64,000 nucleotides of DNA from Deltaproteobacteria bacterium (GTDB lineage: Bacteria > Myxococcota_A > Polyangia > Polyangiales > JADJMO01): positions 3,011 through 67,010 of the forward strand of contig JALHOE010000023.1 in NCBI GenBank assembly GCA_022843175.1, given 5' to 3'. Positions 9,769-18,596 of this stretch are shown here, piece after piece. Position numbers and translations under genes: made by a program. The notes under the pieces are model-generated. The model was not told where the DNA came from and searched no databases. It was given only the letters and a program-made list of their open reading frames with translations. Positions within the stretch are counted from its first letter, which is position 1; each line of letters opens with the position of its first letter.

Positions 9769-10358
9769 GCGACGACAAGCTTCTGAGTGCGCTCGCGCGT
9801 CGAGCGCGTGAACAGCGCGACGAGCCCGTCGAGCTCGCGCCGATGGCCGACGCTCGCATCGCCGAGAAGATCCTCGGCGCGCGCCCGAAGGTGGTCCCCA
9901 TCCGCCGTCGGCCGGTGCTGCCGTTCGCCTTCGCGGCGGCGGCGGCGATCGCTCTGTTCTTCCTCTGGCCGCGCGACCGCGAGCTGCCGAAGTACGCCTT
10001 CGAGCTCTCGGGTCAGGTCGCCGAGGTTCGCAGCGACGGTCCGCGGGTCGTGTCGCAGAGCATCACGCTGCACCGCGAGGCCACGCTGCAGCTCGTGCTC
10101 CGCCCCGAGAGCCGCGTCGACGGCGTCAAGGCGTCCGCCGTCCTCGTGCGCGACGGCAAGGCGCGCCCGTGGACCGCGCCGATCGAGATCTCCAACGACG
10201 GCGCGGTGCGCATCGTGGGCCCGGTCAAGACGCTGTTCCCCGACACGGACGCGCCGTGGGAGGTCGTCGTCGCGATCGGCAAGCAGCTGCCGAGCGATCT
10301 GCTCGCGGAGCCGCCGCCCGGCGTCAGGATCGCGCGGGCGAAGGTCTCGTTCCAGTGA
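9765..10358 (+). CDS. Single-pass membrane protein, putative anti-sigma factor
   Basis: Its ATG overlaps the sigma stop (ATGA). There is a short cytoplasmic N-terminus, one TM (VLPFAFAAAAAIALFFLW) and a beta-rich domain of about 130 aa outside. No ZAS motif is present. Confidence 0.55.
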   Translation: MSDDKLLSALARRAREQRDEPVELAPMADARIAEKILGARPKVVPIRRRPVLPFAFAAAAAIALFFLWPRDRELPKYAFELSGQVAEVRSDGPRVVSQSITLHREATLQLVLRPESRVDGVKASAVLVRDGKARPWTAPIEISNDGAVRIVGPVKTLFPDTDAPWEVVVAIGKQLPSDLLAEPPPGVRIARAKVSFQ

Positions 10359-10361
10359 CGC

Positions 10362-11672
10362 TCACTTCGGCGGCTTGGGCGCCTCTTCGACGGGCTGCAC
10401 GCAGCTCGCGAGATCGAAGAGCATGAACTCGATCACCCGCTCCTGCGCGGTGAGCGGGCCGTCGACGCACTCGTTGGGGAACTGGATGTACGAGAAGTCG
10501 TCGGAGCCGACGACGTGGAAGTCGCTGTAGATCACGCGGCCGCACTGATCGGCGGCGGGCTTCTCGAGCGGCGTGTTGAAGGTGAAGTGCTGGGTGGACA
10601 CCGGCGACGCGCTGTCGATCCACGCCTGTGCCTTGGGCTTGCTCGTGAGATCGATGTTCGCCTGCTGAAGGGTGAGCTTGCCCTGCTCCTTGGTGGCGCC
10701 GGTGATCTGCAGCCAATCGGCGAGCGCCTTGCCCTTGGGGAAGCTCATGTCGATCGTCGCCGGGAGGTTGTCCTTGCGCGCGCTCGTCGCGCTCCAGCTG
10801 GCGAGGCCCTTCCACCCCGCGTCGGTGGAGTCGCGCAGCCACACGAAGCCGAAGTGGGTGGTGAGCACGCGGCCGCCGTCGTTGACGTAGTCCACGAGGT
10901 TCTTGAGCGCCTCGGCGGGCTTGTCGGTGGTGCGCGGATCGCCCTCGCAGGGAAGCAGGATCTGGTCGAACTGCTTCATCCAGTCGAGCCGCTTGTAGAG
11001 AGAGGAGCCGTTGATCGTGCCCTCGGGCATGTCCGGGCCGTTGAGGGACTTGAAGAAGTTGATGCGGCCGGGGTTGTACGGGAGGCCGTCGGAGCCGAGG
11101 CCGACGAACTCGGCGTCGTCGACGCCCATCTTGCGGAGCACGCACTCGATCGGATCGGCGCGGCCGCTGACGATCGCGGTGAAGGGGATGTCGCCCTCGG
11201 CGCGGTTGCGCGGCAGCCGCGTGAGGTCGCTCGGGAGCGCGGTGGTCGCGCACGCCTTGACCTCGGGGATGAGCACCTTGCGGCGCCAGCGCCCGATCTG
11301 GACCACGATCGGCACGTCTTTGCCGGGCGGGACCCCCTCGAGGCTGAACTTGCCGTCGGCGCCGGTGACCGTCGCCACCTTGAACTTGGTCGTGCCCTCG
11401 AGGGTGCCGCACTTGGCGCAGGTGACGCCCTTCTTGAACGGCTCGAGGTCGCCGACCGGGACGTAGACGACGGCGTTGAAGATCGGATCGGGCGAGGCCT
11501 TGGCGGGGCTCACCACCGTGCCGGTGACGATCGTGGCGGTGCCGGTGGGGCACGACGGGCCGCCGTCGAGGTCGAAGCCGGTCCCGGTGTCGGCTCCGCC
11601 GTTGGTAGTGCCGGAATCCTCGGACGATCCACACCCGATGAGCAGCAGCGGCAGCAGGAGGAGGGATCGCAT
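10362..11672 (-). CDS. Lipoprotein with a carboxypeptidase-regulatory-like N-domain and a C-terminal domain of unknown function
   Basis: MRSLLLLPLLLIGC provides the lipobox, followed by a DTGTG linker. GTVVSP...VTGADGKFSLEGVPPG resembles a CarboxypepD_reg fold. Confidence 0.7.
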   Translation of the reverse strand: MRSLLLLPLLLIGCGSSEDSGTTNGGADTGTGFDLDGGPSCPTGTATIVTGTVVSPAKASPDPIFNAVVYVPVGDLEPFKKGVTCAKCGTLEGTTKFKVATVTGADGKFSLEGVPPGKDVPIVVQIGRWRRKVLIPEVKACATTALPSDLTRLPRNRAEGDIPFTAIVSGRADPIECVLRKMGVDDAEFVGLGSDGLPYNPGRINFFKSLNGPDMPEGTINGSSLYKRLDWMKQFDQILLPCEGDPRTTDKPAEALKNLVDYVNDGGRVLTTHFGFVWLRDSTDAGWKGLASWSATSARKDNLPATIDMSFPKGKALADWLQITGATKEQGKLTLQQANIDLTSKPKAQAWIDSASPVSTQHFTFNTPLEKPAADQCGRVIYSDFHVVGSDDFSYIQFPNECVDGPLTAQERVIEFMLFDLASCVQPVEEAPKPPK

Positions 11673-11692
11673 CCCGCCAGTATGCGGTGCTT

Positions 11693-12595
11693 TCAGAAGA
11701 TCTTCACCCCGCAGCGTCGCTGAACGACCCAGCCGAAAATATTCGCCCACAGCTTCGGGACGGTGGGCAGGGTGGACCACTCCGAGTCGTACTCGATCCA
11801 CTCGTCGCCCCAGGCGAAGACCCGGCCCATCGACACGTCGACGGCGACCGCGACGGGATTGCCGGAGGAGCGCGCGACCACGGCCGTCTTGAAGCCGGCC
11901 ACCGGCGTCACGGCGTAGCCGCCCGCGAAGGTGACCGACGACATGTCCTTGCCGATCGGGTGGGTGAGATCCCAGTCGGTGATCGGCGCGCTCGGGCGGA
12001 TGGTGGTGTCGTATTTCGCGCCGAGCGCTTCGAGGATCTTGTTCGGCCGCGTCGCGTCGGCGCCGGAGTGGTCGTAGCCGGTCATCGCGATGAGGCCGCC
12101 GCCGGCCTTCACCCAGTTGTGCAGGGCAAGGACCTCGGCCGCGTCGTAGTCGCGCGAGAGGCGATCGAGGATCACCACGTCGACGCCGGTGAGATCCGCG
12201 GCGACGAGCGGGCCGCCGGCCGAGTCGAGGCGGCGCTTGGTGGTGGTGCCCTTGGCCTTGAGCCAGGCCTCGAACGCCGAGGCGGTGTTGGAGCCGGGCG
12301 CGCCGAGGATGAGCACGCCGAGGCAGTCGCAGATGCCGTCCTTGCCCACGTCGACGTCGTCGATCGCACCGTTGCAGTCGTCGTCCCTGGCGTTGCACTT
12401 GGTCTCGACGCTCTCGGTCGGGACGCACATGCCGGTGTCGAGCATCGGCTCGACGTCGAAGGTGCCGGTGTCCGTGCTGCTCTCGGCGACGCCGGTGTCG
12501 ACGACGGCGGTGCCCGAGTCGACGAGCGGCTCGGTCTTGTCCGTCTCGGCGGAGCTGCACGCGGCGACGAGGGCGAGGAGCAGGGCGAGACGCAT
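11693..12595 (-). CDS. Lipoprotein with a DDDCNGxIDD metal-binding-like motif and a glutamine-amidotransferase-like fold
   Basis: MRLALLLALVAAC provides the lipobox. It contains CNARDDDCNGAIDD, and VVILDRLSRDYDAAEVLALHNWVKAGGGLIAMTGY. It lies 20 nt upstream of the next gene. Confidence 0.7.
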   Translation of the reverse strand: MRLALLLALVAACSSAETDKTEPLVDSGTAVVDTGVAESSTDTGTFDVEPMLDTGMCVPTESVETKCNARDDDCNGAIDDVDVGKDGICDCLGVLILGAPGSNTASAFEAWLKAKGTTTKRRLDSAGGPLVAADLTGVDVVILDRLSRDYDAAEVLALHNWVKAGGGLIAMTGYDHSGADATRPNKILEALGAKYDTTIRPSAPITDWDLTHPIGKDMSSVTFAGGYAVTPVAGFKTAVVARSSGNPVAVAVDVSMGRVFAWGDEWIEYDSEWSTLPTVPKLWANIFGWVVQRRCGVKIF

Positions 12596-12604
12596 CCCGG
12601 AAGA

Positions 12605-13519
12605 CTACGCGCGGGCCGCGGCGAGCGCGACGAGCTCGGGGAGCGCGTGGAGCCGGACGCCGCGCTCGCGCGCGAGGGCCTCGATCTCCCGGAACACTTC
12701 GGCGTTCTGCCCGGCGAGCTTCTGGCCGAAGTGCTTCTCGAGGAACACGAACGCTTCGGGCGCCTTCGACTGCCCGAGCTTGATCCCGGCCCTGGCCAGG
12801 AGCGGCGAGGAGAACTTGAAGAAGGCGTTGGCCCAGCCGGGCAGCTCGGAGAGCGCGCGCGCCACCTGCTGCGTCTCCTTGGTGGCCGCGAACCCCAACT
12901 TCATAATCTCTTTATTGTTCGCCATCCGGTCGATCGAGCCGCCCGCCGCGGCGATGCCGGTGAGGATGGGGAAGAACGCGATGGTGATCGCCGCCTGCGT
13001 CGCACCCGCCCGCTCCGAGACCTCGGCGGGGAGGCCGACCTGCCGCATCAGGGCGACGAGCTCGGGCAACCCGGCGACGAGGGTCGGCGAGGACTTCGGC
13101 GTCCAGTAGCGGACGCGCCGCTCGTGCGGAGTGTCGGTGGGCTCGTAGGCGATCACACCGGGCATGGCGGCGACGTAGCGATCGCCGAGCTTGTCGCGCA
13201 GCTGCGCCTCGCGTCGCGGGAGCACCGGCGCGAGCACCGCGACCGGGACGTTGGCCGCGGCGAGCTGGTCGACGAGGGAGCCGTCGAGCTGGTCGGCGCG
13301 GACCGCGCAGAGGATCACGTCGGTATCGGCCGGGATCTCGAGCGCCGTGACCGGGGTGAGCGAGTCGCCGTGGGGCGCGGCGCCGTTGATCCGGTCGATG
13401 TGGATCAGCCGAGGTGCACGCGCGAGGTCGCGGACCACGAACACCACCCTCGCGGCGTGCGCCAGCTTGGTGCCGTAGACCGCTCCGAGCGCTCCCGCGC
13501 CGACCACCGTGATGTTCAT
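12605..13519 (-). CDS. Ketopantoate-reductase (ApbA/PanE)-family NAD(P)-binding oxidoreductase
   Basis: MNITVVGAGALGAVYG supplies the Rossmann motif. The start is at 13519 and the upstream ORF extension is junk. Confidence 0.65.
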   Translation of the reverse strand: MNITVVGAGALGAVYGTKLAHAARVVFVVRDLARAPRLIHIDRINGAAPHGDSLTPVTALEIPADTDVILCAVRADQLDGSLVDQLAAANVPVAVLAPVLPRREAQLRDKLGDRYVAAMPGVIAYEPTDTPHERRVRYWTPKSSPTLVAGLPELVALMRQVGLPAEVSERAGATQAAITIAFFPILTGIAAAGGSIDRMANNKEIMKLGFAATKETQQVARALSELPGWANAFFKFSSPLLARAGIKLGQSKAPEAFVFLEKHFGQKLAGQNAEVFREIEALARERGVRLHALPELVALAAARA

Positions 13520-13648
13520 GAACCTCGTCCTTACCGATCTCGATGTCCGTCGAAGGTTTTCGGCGCACGGACGGTAGCAGAGACGCACACGCGCCGCGGC
13601 CGCGTCGAGTGACGCTCGTGGCGACCCGCTTGCAGTCAGCTCACGCCC

Positions 13649-14419
13649 ATGGAGTTCGCCGAACGCTTCCGTGATCGCGTCGATGACAGGGTGGTGTCGG
13701 TGGCGAGGGTGATGATCCACGGGCTCGAGGCGATCCACCCCGTTCGCTTCGACGGCCTCGAGAACCTGCCCGACGGCCCGGCCGTGCTGGTCGGCAATCA
13801 CGGCTTGCTCGGCTACGAGACCGCCCTCTTCTTCGCGCACATCTTCGACGCCACCGGTCGGGTGCCGCGCGGCTGCGCCGACCGATGGTTCTTCAAGGTG
13901 CCGGGGCTCCGCGACGTGCTCGTTCGCATCGGCGGAATGTACGGCGCTCCCGACAACGCTCGTCGCGCGCTCGCCGCCGGCCACCTGGTGGTCTGCTACC
14001 CGGGCGGCGCGCGCGAGGTGCTCAAGCACGACTCCGCGCAGCGCTACAAGCTGCGTTGGGAGCGGAGCGCGGGGTTCGCGCGCGTCGCGCTCGAGGCGGG
14101 GGTGCCGATCATTCCGTTCGCCGCCGCGGGCGTCGATCACACCTACGAGATCGTCTCGCGGCTGCGCGGCAGCGGCCAGCTGTTGATGGGACACGACAAG
14201 TACGACCTGCCGCTGCTCAGCGGCGCGCTCGGTCCGCTGCCGTCGCCGGTTCCGTTCTGGTTCCGCATCGGCGCTCCGATCGCGACCGGGGGGGCGGACG
14301 TTGAGTCGCTCCACCGAACCGCGTGGCGCGCGACGCAGGCGCTCGTCGACGAGCTCCTCGCGGAGTGGGTGCGCGCGGAGAGCCCGGCTCCGGCATCGAA
14401 CGTCGCATGCGCGTTCTGA
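13649..14419 (+). CDS. Acyltransferase (LPLAT / DGAT2-like glycerolipid acyltransferase)
   Basis: It contains VGNHGLLGYE (an NHxxxxD/E-type motif), YPGGAREV, and ARVALEAGVPIIPFAA. Confidence 0.8.
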   Translation: MEFAERFRDRVDDRVVSVARVMIHGLEAIHPVRFDGLENLPDGPAVLVGNHGLLGYETALFFAHIFDATGRVPRGCADRWFFKVPGLRDVLVRIGGMYGAPDNARRALAAGHLVVCYPGGAREVLKHDSAQRYKLRWERSAGFARVALEAGVPIIPFAAAGVDHTYEIVSRLRGSGQLLMGHDKYDLPLLSGALGPLPSPVPFWFRIGAPIATGGADVESLHRTAWRATQALVDELLAEWVRAESPAPASNVACAF

Positions 14420-15384
14420 TCCTCGGCGGCGGCGGCACCCTCGGCGCGTTCAGCGCCGGCGCCCTCCGCGCGCTCGAGGACGCCGGGTGGCACCCCGACG
14501 CGTGCATCGCGTCGAGCGCAGGCGGGATCAACCTCTTGCGCGCGCTCGTCGGCGGGCCGGTCGAGGCCGAGAGGTTCTGGTCGAACCTCGACTGGAAGTG
14601 GATCGTCGGCGATCTCTTTCGGCACAACCCGGTGAGCGGCGGTCTGCTCGATCCCGAGCGGTTCCGCGCGCGCGTCGAAGAGGGCGTCGACTGGCAGAAG
14701 GTGATGGACGATCCGCGGCAGCTCGGGTGGCTGGTCGTGGACCTGCAGACCGGACGGGTGTCGGTCCGGGGCAACCGCACCGAGCAGACGATCGAGGCGC
14801 TCCGCACCGTCGCGCACGCGTCGTACGCGCTGCCCCCGCTGCTCGCTCCGCTCCCGCTCGGCGAGTGCTTGCTCGCGGACGGCGGGCTGCTCCGCAACGC
14901 GCCGCTCGAGTTCGCGCTGGAGATGGGCGCGACGGAGATGGTCTACCTGTGCAACGTCCAGGTCACGCCGCACAAGGACTGGAAGCACGCGCGCATTCCG
15001 GCGGCGCTCGGCCGCTACCTCGACATCTACATCCGCCGCGCATCGAACATCGGCTTCGCGGACGCGCCCATCGTCGAGGGCCGCTACCACGGCGTGCCCT
15101 TTCTCACGATCGCGCCGCCGCATCGGCTCGACCTCCGGGACATGCTCGGCTCGATGATCCCGACGCTCGATCGCATGAAGCGCCTGATCGAGCTCGGCGA
15201 GTCCTCCGCCCGCGAGGCGCTGCGCGGCGCCTACCGCGTGGGGATTCACGAGCGGACCTCGCTCCTCGACCAGGAGCTCGGGCCGGCCTCCATCGGCGTG
15301 CGCCGCATCTATGGGGATCCGTCGACCGTGCACCCGTCGTCCGCGGACGGTCGCGGTCGCGCTGTCCGGGGAGCGGCACGGTAG
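14407..15384 (+). CDS. Patatin-like phospholipase
   Basis: MRVLILGGGGTLGAF is the oxyanion GGGxxG motif. ASSAGG is a nucleophile-elbow variant, and LLADGGL supplies the DGG Asp. It overlaps the upstream gene by 13 nt. Confidence 0.85.
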   Translation: MRVLILGGGGTLGAFSAGALRALEDAGWHPDACIASSAGGINLLRALVGGPVEAERFWSNLDWKWIVGDLFRHNPVSGGLLDPERFRARVEEGVDWQKVMDDPRQLGWLVVDLQTGRVSVRGNRTEQTIEALRTVAHASYALPPLLAPLPLGECLLADGGLLRNAPLEFALEMGATEMVYLCNVQVTPHKDWKHARIPAALGRYLDIYIRRASNIGFADAPIVEGRYHGVPFLTIAPPHRLDLRDMLGSMIPTLDRMKRLIELGESSAREALRGAYRVGIHERTSLLDQELGPASIGVRRIYGDPSTVHPSSADGRGRAVRGAAR

Positions 15385-15395
15385 GCTTCGCCACC

Positions 15396-17141
15396 GTGCG
15401 CATTTCCTCACTTATTCTCAGCACTTTGCTCATCGGGTGCGGCAGCTCGATCGAGATCGCCGACGAGGCCCCCGCGGAGACCGGCGTCGTCGAGGGCGAC
15501 ACGGGGAACACCGTCGTCGACACGAGCTCCCCGCTCGATCCCGACACCGGCGACCTCGACACGGGCGTGATCGTCCCCGAGGACACCGCGCCGCCCTCGG
15601 ACACCGGCACGATGATGGACACCGCGCCGCCCGACACGCCCCCGCCGATGGGCTGCGCGGCGGCGCCGTTGGCGGTCGATCCCGCGTCGACGATCGATCC
15701 GGCCACCAAGGGCACGCTGCCGACCGCGACCAAGACGGTGACGCTCGCGAAGCTCGGCCCGCTCGCCGACGTGAAGGTGAAGATCACCTACCCCACCGCG
15801 CCCGACGGCACCCCGCACCCGGGGCGCCACTCGTGGGTGATGTTCCATCACGCGGTGCACGGGCCGTATCCGGGCGTGGTCTACGACGATTACCCGACCA
15901 TCCACGGCCACTGGGCCTCGCACGGCTTCTACGTCTTCTCGATCGACGGCTCGCGCGTCTTCTTCCCGACGACGACGGGCACCTCGCTGACGTTCACCCA
16001 GCAGCAGACCGTCGCCAACATGATGAGCGAGGCGATCACCCACTTCCTCGCCGAGCAGGAGAAGCCCACGGCCGACTTCCCGTGCCGGCTCGATCCCGCG
16101 CGCGTCGCGGTCGCCGGTCACTCGCGCGGCGGCGGCGCGACGCTGCTCGTGCCGACGGCGCGCACCGACGGCGCGAAGATCAAGGGGCTCATCAGCTTCC
16201 AGGGCGTGGACCCGGGCTCGCTCACGGTGCCGGACGGCTACGTCATCCCCGGGTTCGATCTGCCCGCGCTATGGCTCGACGCCGCGCTCGACGGCGACGT
16301 GATCTATCCGATCAACGCCCTGCAGTACGGGCGCGCGCGCGGCCCGAGCACGATGGTGACCATCCTCGGGAGCAAGCACACCTTTACGTTCGACTCCAAC
16401 GCGACGCCGCACCAGGGCGGCACCACGCCGACGATCATGCCGTCGGAGCACAAAGCGGTGTGCGTGCAGTACTCGACGGCGTTCCTGCGCGCGCGGGTGC
16501 GCGACGCCGCTCCGACCGCGAGCGATCTCGACCGCGTCTTCGGCCAGTCGGGCCTCGCGTCGACCGCGAGCAGCGGCGGCGTGCTCTTCAGCTTCCGACC
16601 CGCGAAGGCGTTCAAGTTCGTCGCGCGCTTCGACGATCTGCCCACGGTCCCGCTCGGCAAGACCGAGGACGGCGCCGCGTTCGCGATGACGGGCTCGATG
16701 ACCGCGCTCCCCTACGAGACGCACGCGACGTCGGTCGCCTCGATGGGCACTGGCACGCGCCGCGTGAGCAAAGAGGTGCTCTCGGTGCAGCTCAAGTGGG
16801 AGACCACCGGCGGCGCGTTCGATGTACCGCTCTCGGCCGGCGCGTTCTCCGGCAAGAAGGCGGTCGTCTTCGACCTGGCGATGCCCAACGAGGGGCTGAG
16901 CAGCGGCACCACGCCGCTCGAGCTCGAGGTGAAGGACTCGGCGGGCGGCACCGCGACCACGCCGATCAAGGACCACCTCGGCGCCGGCTGGTTCACGCGC
17001 CCGCGCCGCTTGGCGACGGCCTACGTGCCGCTCGCGAAGCTCACCGGCGTCGATCTCGCCAAGGCGACCTCGATCCGCATCGTCGCCAAGAGCGGCATCG
17101 TCGCCGGCGTGGCGCTGCTCGACTCGCTGCGCCTCGAATAA
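15396..17141 (+). CDS. Alpha/beta-hydrolase lipoprotein (lipase / PAF-acetylhydrolase / dienelactone-hydrolase-like) with a C-terminal beta-rich domain
   Basis: A GTG start gives VRISSLILSTLLIGC (lipobox), followed by a long DTG linker. The GxSxG motif is VAVAGHSRGGGATLL. Confidence 0.7.
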   Translation: MRISSLILSTLLIGCGSSIEIADEAPAETGVVEGDTGNTVVDTSSPLDPDTGDLDTGVIVPEDTAPPSDTGTMMDTAPPDTPPPMGCAAAPLAVDPASTIDPATKGTLPTATKTVTLAKLGPLADVKVKITYPTAPDGTPHPGRHSWVMFHHAVHGPYPGVVYDDYPTIHGHWASHGFYVFSIDGSRVFFPTTTGTSLTFTQQQTVANMMSEAITHFLAEQEKPTADFPCRLDPARVAVAGHSRGGGATLLVPTARTDGAKIKGLISFQGVDPGSLTVPDGYVIPGFDLPALWLDAALDGDVIYPINALQYGRARGPSTMVTILGSKHTFTFDSNATPHQGGTTPTIMPSEHKAVCVQYSTAFLRARVRDAAPTASDLDRVFGQSGLASTASSGGVLFSFRPAKAFKFVARFDDLPTVPLGKTEDGAAFAMTGSMTALPYETHATSVASMGTGTRRVSKEVLSVQLKWETTGGAFDVPLSAGAFSGKKAVVFDLAMPNEGLSSGTTPLELEVKDSAGGTATTPIKDHLGAGWFTRPRRLATAYVPLAKLTGVDLAKATSIRIVAKSGIVAGVALLDSLRLE

Positions 17142-17145
17142 GTAG

Positions 17146-17697
17146 ATGCCCCTGCCGCGCGAGTTCTACGCGCGCAAGACGCTGACCGTCGCGCGCGATC
17201 TGCTCGGGCGCGTGCTGGTCCACCAAGACGGACCGGTGCGCCGCGCCGGCGTGATCGTGGAGACCGAGGCGTACGTCGGCCCGCACGATCTCGCCTGCCA
17301 CGCGTCGAAGGGACGCACCGCGCGGACCGACGTGATGTTCGGGCTGCCGGGGCACGCGTACGTATATCTAATTTATGGAATGTACGACTGCTTCAACGTC
17401 GTGACGGAGCGCGAGGGGCACCCGTCCGCCGTCCTGGTGCGCGCCGTGGCGCCGATCGAGGGGTGCGTCGGGAAGACGGACGGCCCCGGCAAGCTCTGTC
17501 GCGCGATGAACATCACCCGGGCGCTCAACCGCGCGGACCTGATGACGAGCGCGCTGACGATCGAGGAGGGCACCCGCGTCTCGCCGCGCAGAATCGAGAA
17601 GGGCCCGCGCATCGGGGTGGACTACGCGGGGGACTGGGCGCACGAGCACCTGCGTTTCTGGGTGCGCGGAGATCCGCACGTGTCGCGGCGGCGCTGA
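17146..17697 (+). CDS. mpg: DNA-3-methyladenine glycosylase (Mpg/AAG family)
   Basis: It contains ARDLLGRVLV, IVETEAYVGPHDLACHASKGRTARTDVMFG and HAYVYLIYGMYDCFNVV. Confidence 0.9.
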   Translation: MPLPREFYARKTLTVARDLLGRVLVHQDGPVRRAGVIVETEAYVGPHDLACHASKGRTARTDVMFGLPGHAYVYLIYGMYDCFNVVTEREGHPSAVLVRAVAPIEGCVGKTDGPGKLCRAMNITRALNRADLMTSALTIEEGTRVSPRRIEKGPRIGVDYAGDWAHEHLRFWVRGDPHVSRRR

Positions 17698-17718
17698 GGG
17701 GCCGCCGTATCGGCTAAT

Positions 17719-18117
17719 GTGGAGTCGATGACCGACGAGCGCGCGCGATCGCCGGATCCCCCGCCGCCGCCACGACCGGGTAACGGCGCGTTCGTCGGCC
17801 TCGTGTTCGTGTGGCTCGCGCTCGACGTCCCGCTCTACGCGCTGCGCGGGTTCTTCGGGTTCGGCAACGCGATACTGCTCCTCTGGTACCTCATTTTCCT
17901 GCCGTGGATCGCGGTCGTCGGCGTGCTCGGGTTTGCGTGGGCTGTGGTTACCGCGGTGCGCATGATGTTCTCCGAGAACCAGCAGCGCCGGGGCATCGTC
18001 GCCGTCGTGCTGTGCCTGGCCACCGGCGCGCTCACGCTGCAACTCGCGCGGTGGTGGGTCTCGCCCGCGATGCGCGCGGAGCCGCAAGCAGAGCCGGCGG
18101 AGCCCAAGCCGTACTGA
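17719..18117 (+). CDS. Small integral membrane protein (3-4 TM), unknown function
   Basis: Start is GTG at 17719 or ATG at 17728. There are hydrophobic segments and a Pro-rich N-terminus. GC3 is high. Confidence 0.55.
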   Translation: MESMTDERARSPDPPPPPRPGNGAFVGLVFVWLALDVPLYALRGFFGFGNAILLLWYLIFLPWIAVVGVLGFAWAVVTAVRMMFSENQQRRGIVAVVLCLATGALTLQLARWWVSPAMRAEPQAEPAEPKPY

Positions 18118-18121
18118 GGGC

Positions 18122-18373
18122 GCGTTCGCGTTCGCGTTCGCGTTCGCGTTCGCGTTCGCGTCTGCGTCTGCGTTCGCGTCTGCGTCTGCGTTCGCGTTCG
18201 CGTTCGCGTTCGCGTCTGCGTCTGCGTTCGCGTCTGCGTCTGCGTTCGCGTTCGCGTTCGCGTTCGCGTTCGCGTCTGCGTTCGCGCTCGCGTCGGCGTT
18301 CGCGTTCGCGTCTGCGTTCGCGCTCGCGTCTGCGTTCGCGTTCGCGTCTGCGTTCGCGCTCGCGTCTGCGTTC
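18122..18373. repeat. Tandem hexanucleotide array, 42 units (GCGTTC / GCGTCT, with 3x GCGCTC and 1x GCGTCG)
   Basis: Hand-parsed unit by unit with no interruptions. It starts 4 nt after the stop at 18117. Confidence 0.95.
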
Positions 18374-18416
18374 GCGGCGAGATAGGCGCGCGCGTCAGCG
18401 AGCGCCTGACCAGATA

Positions 18417-18564
18417 GGGCCTCTCTCCGCGGGCTCTTCGATTGTGCCGTCGTGCTCGGGTCGGTCAAGGGTGCGCGCCTGCGGCGCCTCGTCGCTGCGC
18501 TCCTCGCCCTTGACCGACCCTGCGCGCGCCGGCGTGGGGCGGGTGCGCCCGCCGAGAGAGGCTC
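18417..18564 (+). other. Nested inverted repeats forming a predicted structured leader upstream of the four-helix-bundle gene
   Basis: The outer helix pairs 18417-18434 with 18547-18564 (18 positions; 1 G-U, 1 C-C mismatch). The inner perfect 14-bp helix is GGGTCGGTCAAGGG (18458-18471) with CCCTTGACCGACCC (18507-18520). The AAGGAG SD is at 18584-18589. Confidence 0.5.
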
Positions 18565-18596
18565 GGCGTGGGGTGCACGTTCAAAGGAGTCTCACC

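Noticed and set aside
17368-18468. 366-aa minus-strand ORF encoding ([12 protein letters not shown])n, and plus-strand frames giving RSRSRS / FAFAFA repeats across the hexamer array
   Set aside because: The repeat peptides simply follow from translating a 6-nt tandem repeat. The ORF also runs antisense through the well-supported Mpg and membrane-protein genes, and its non-repeat part is Arg-rich junk.
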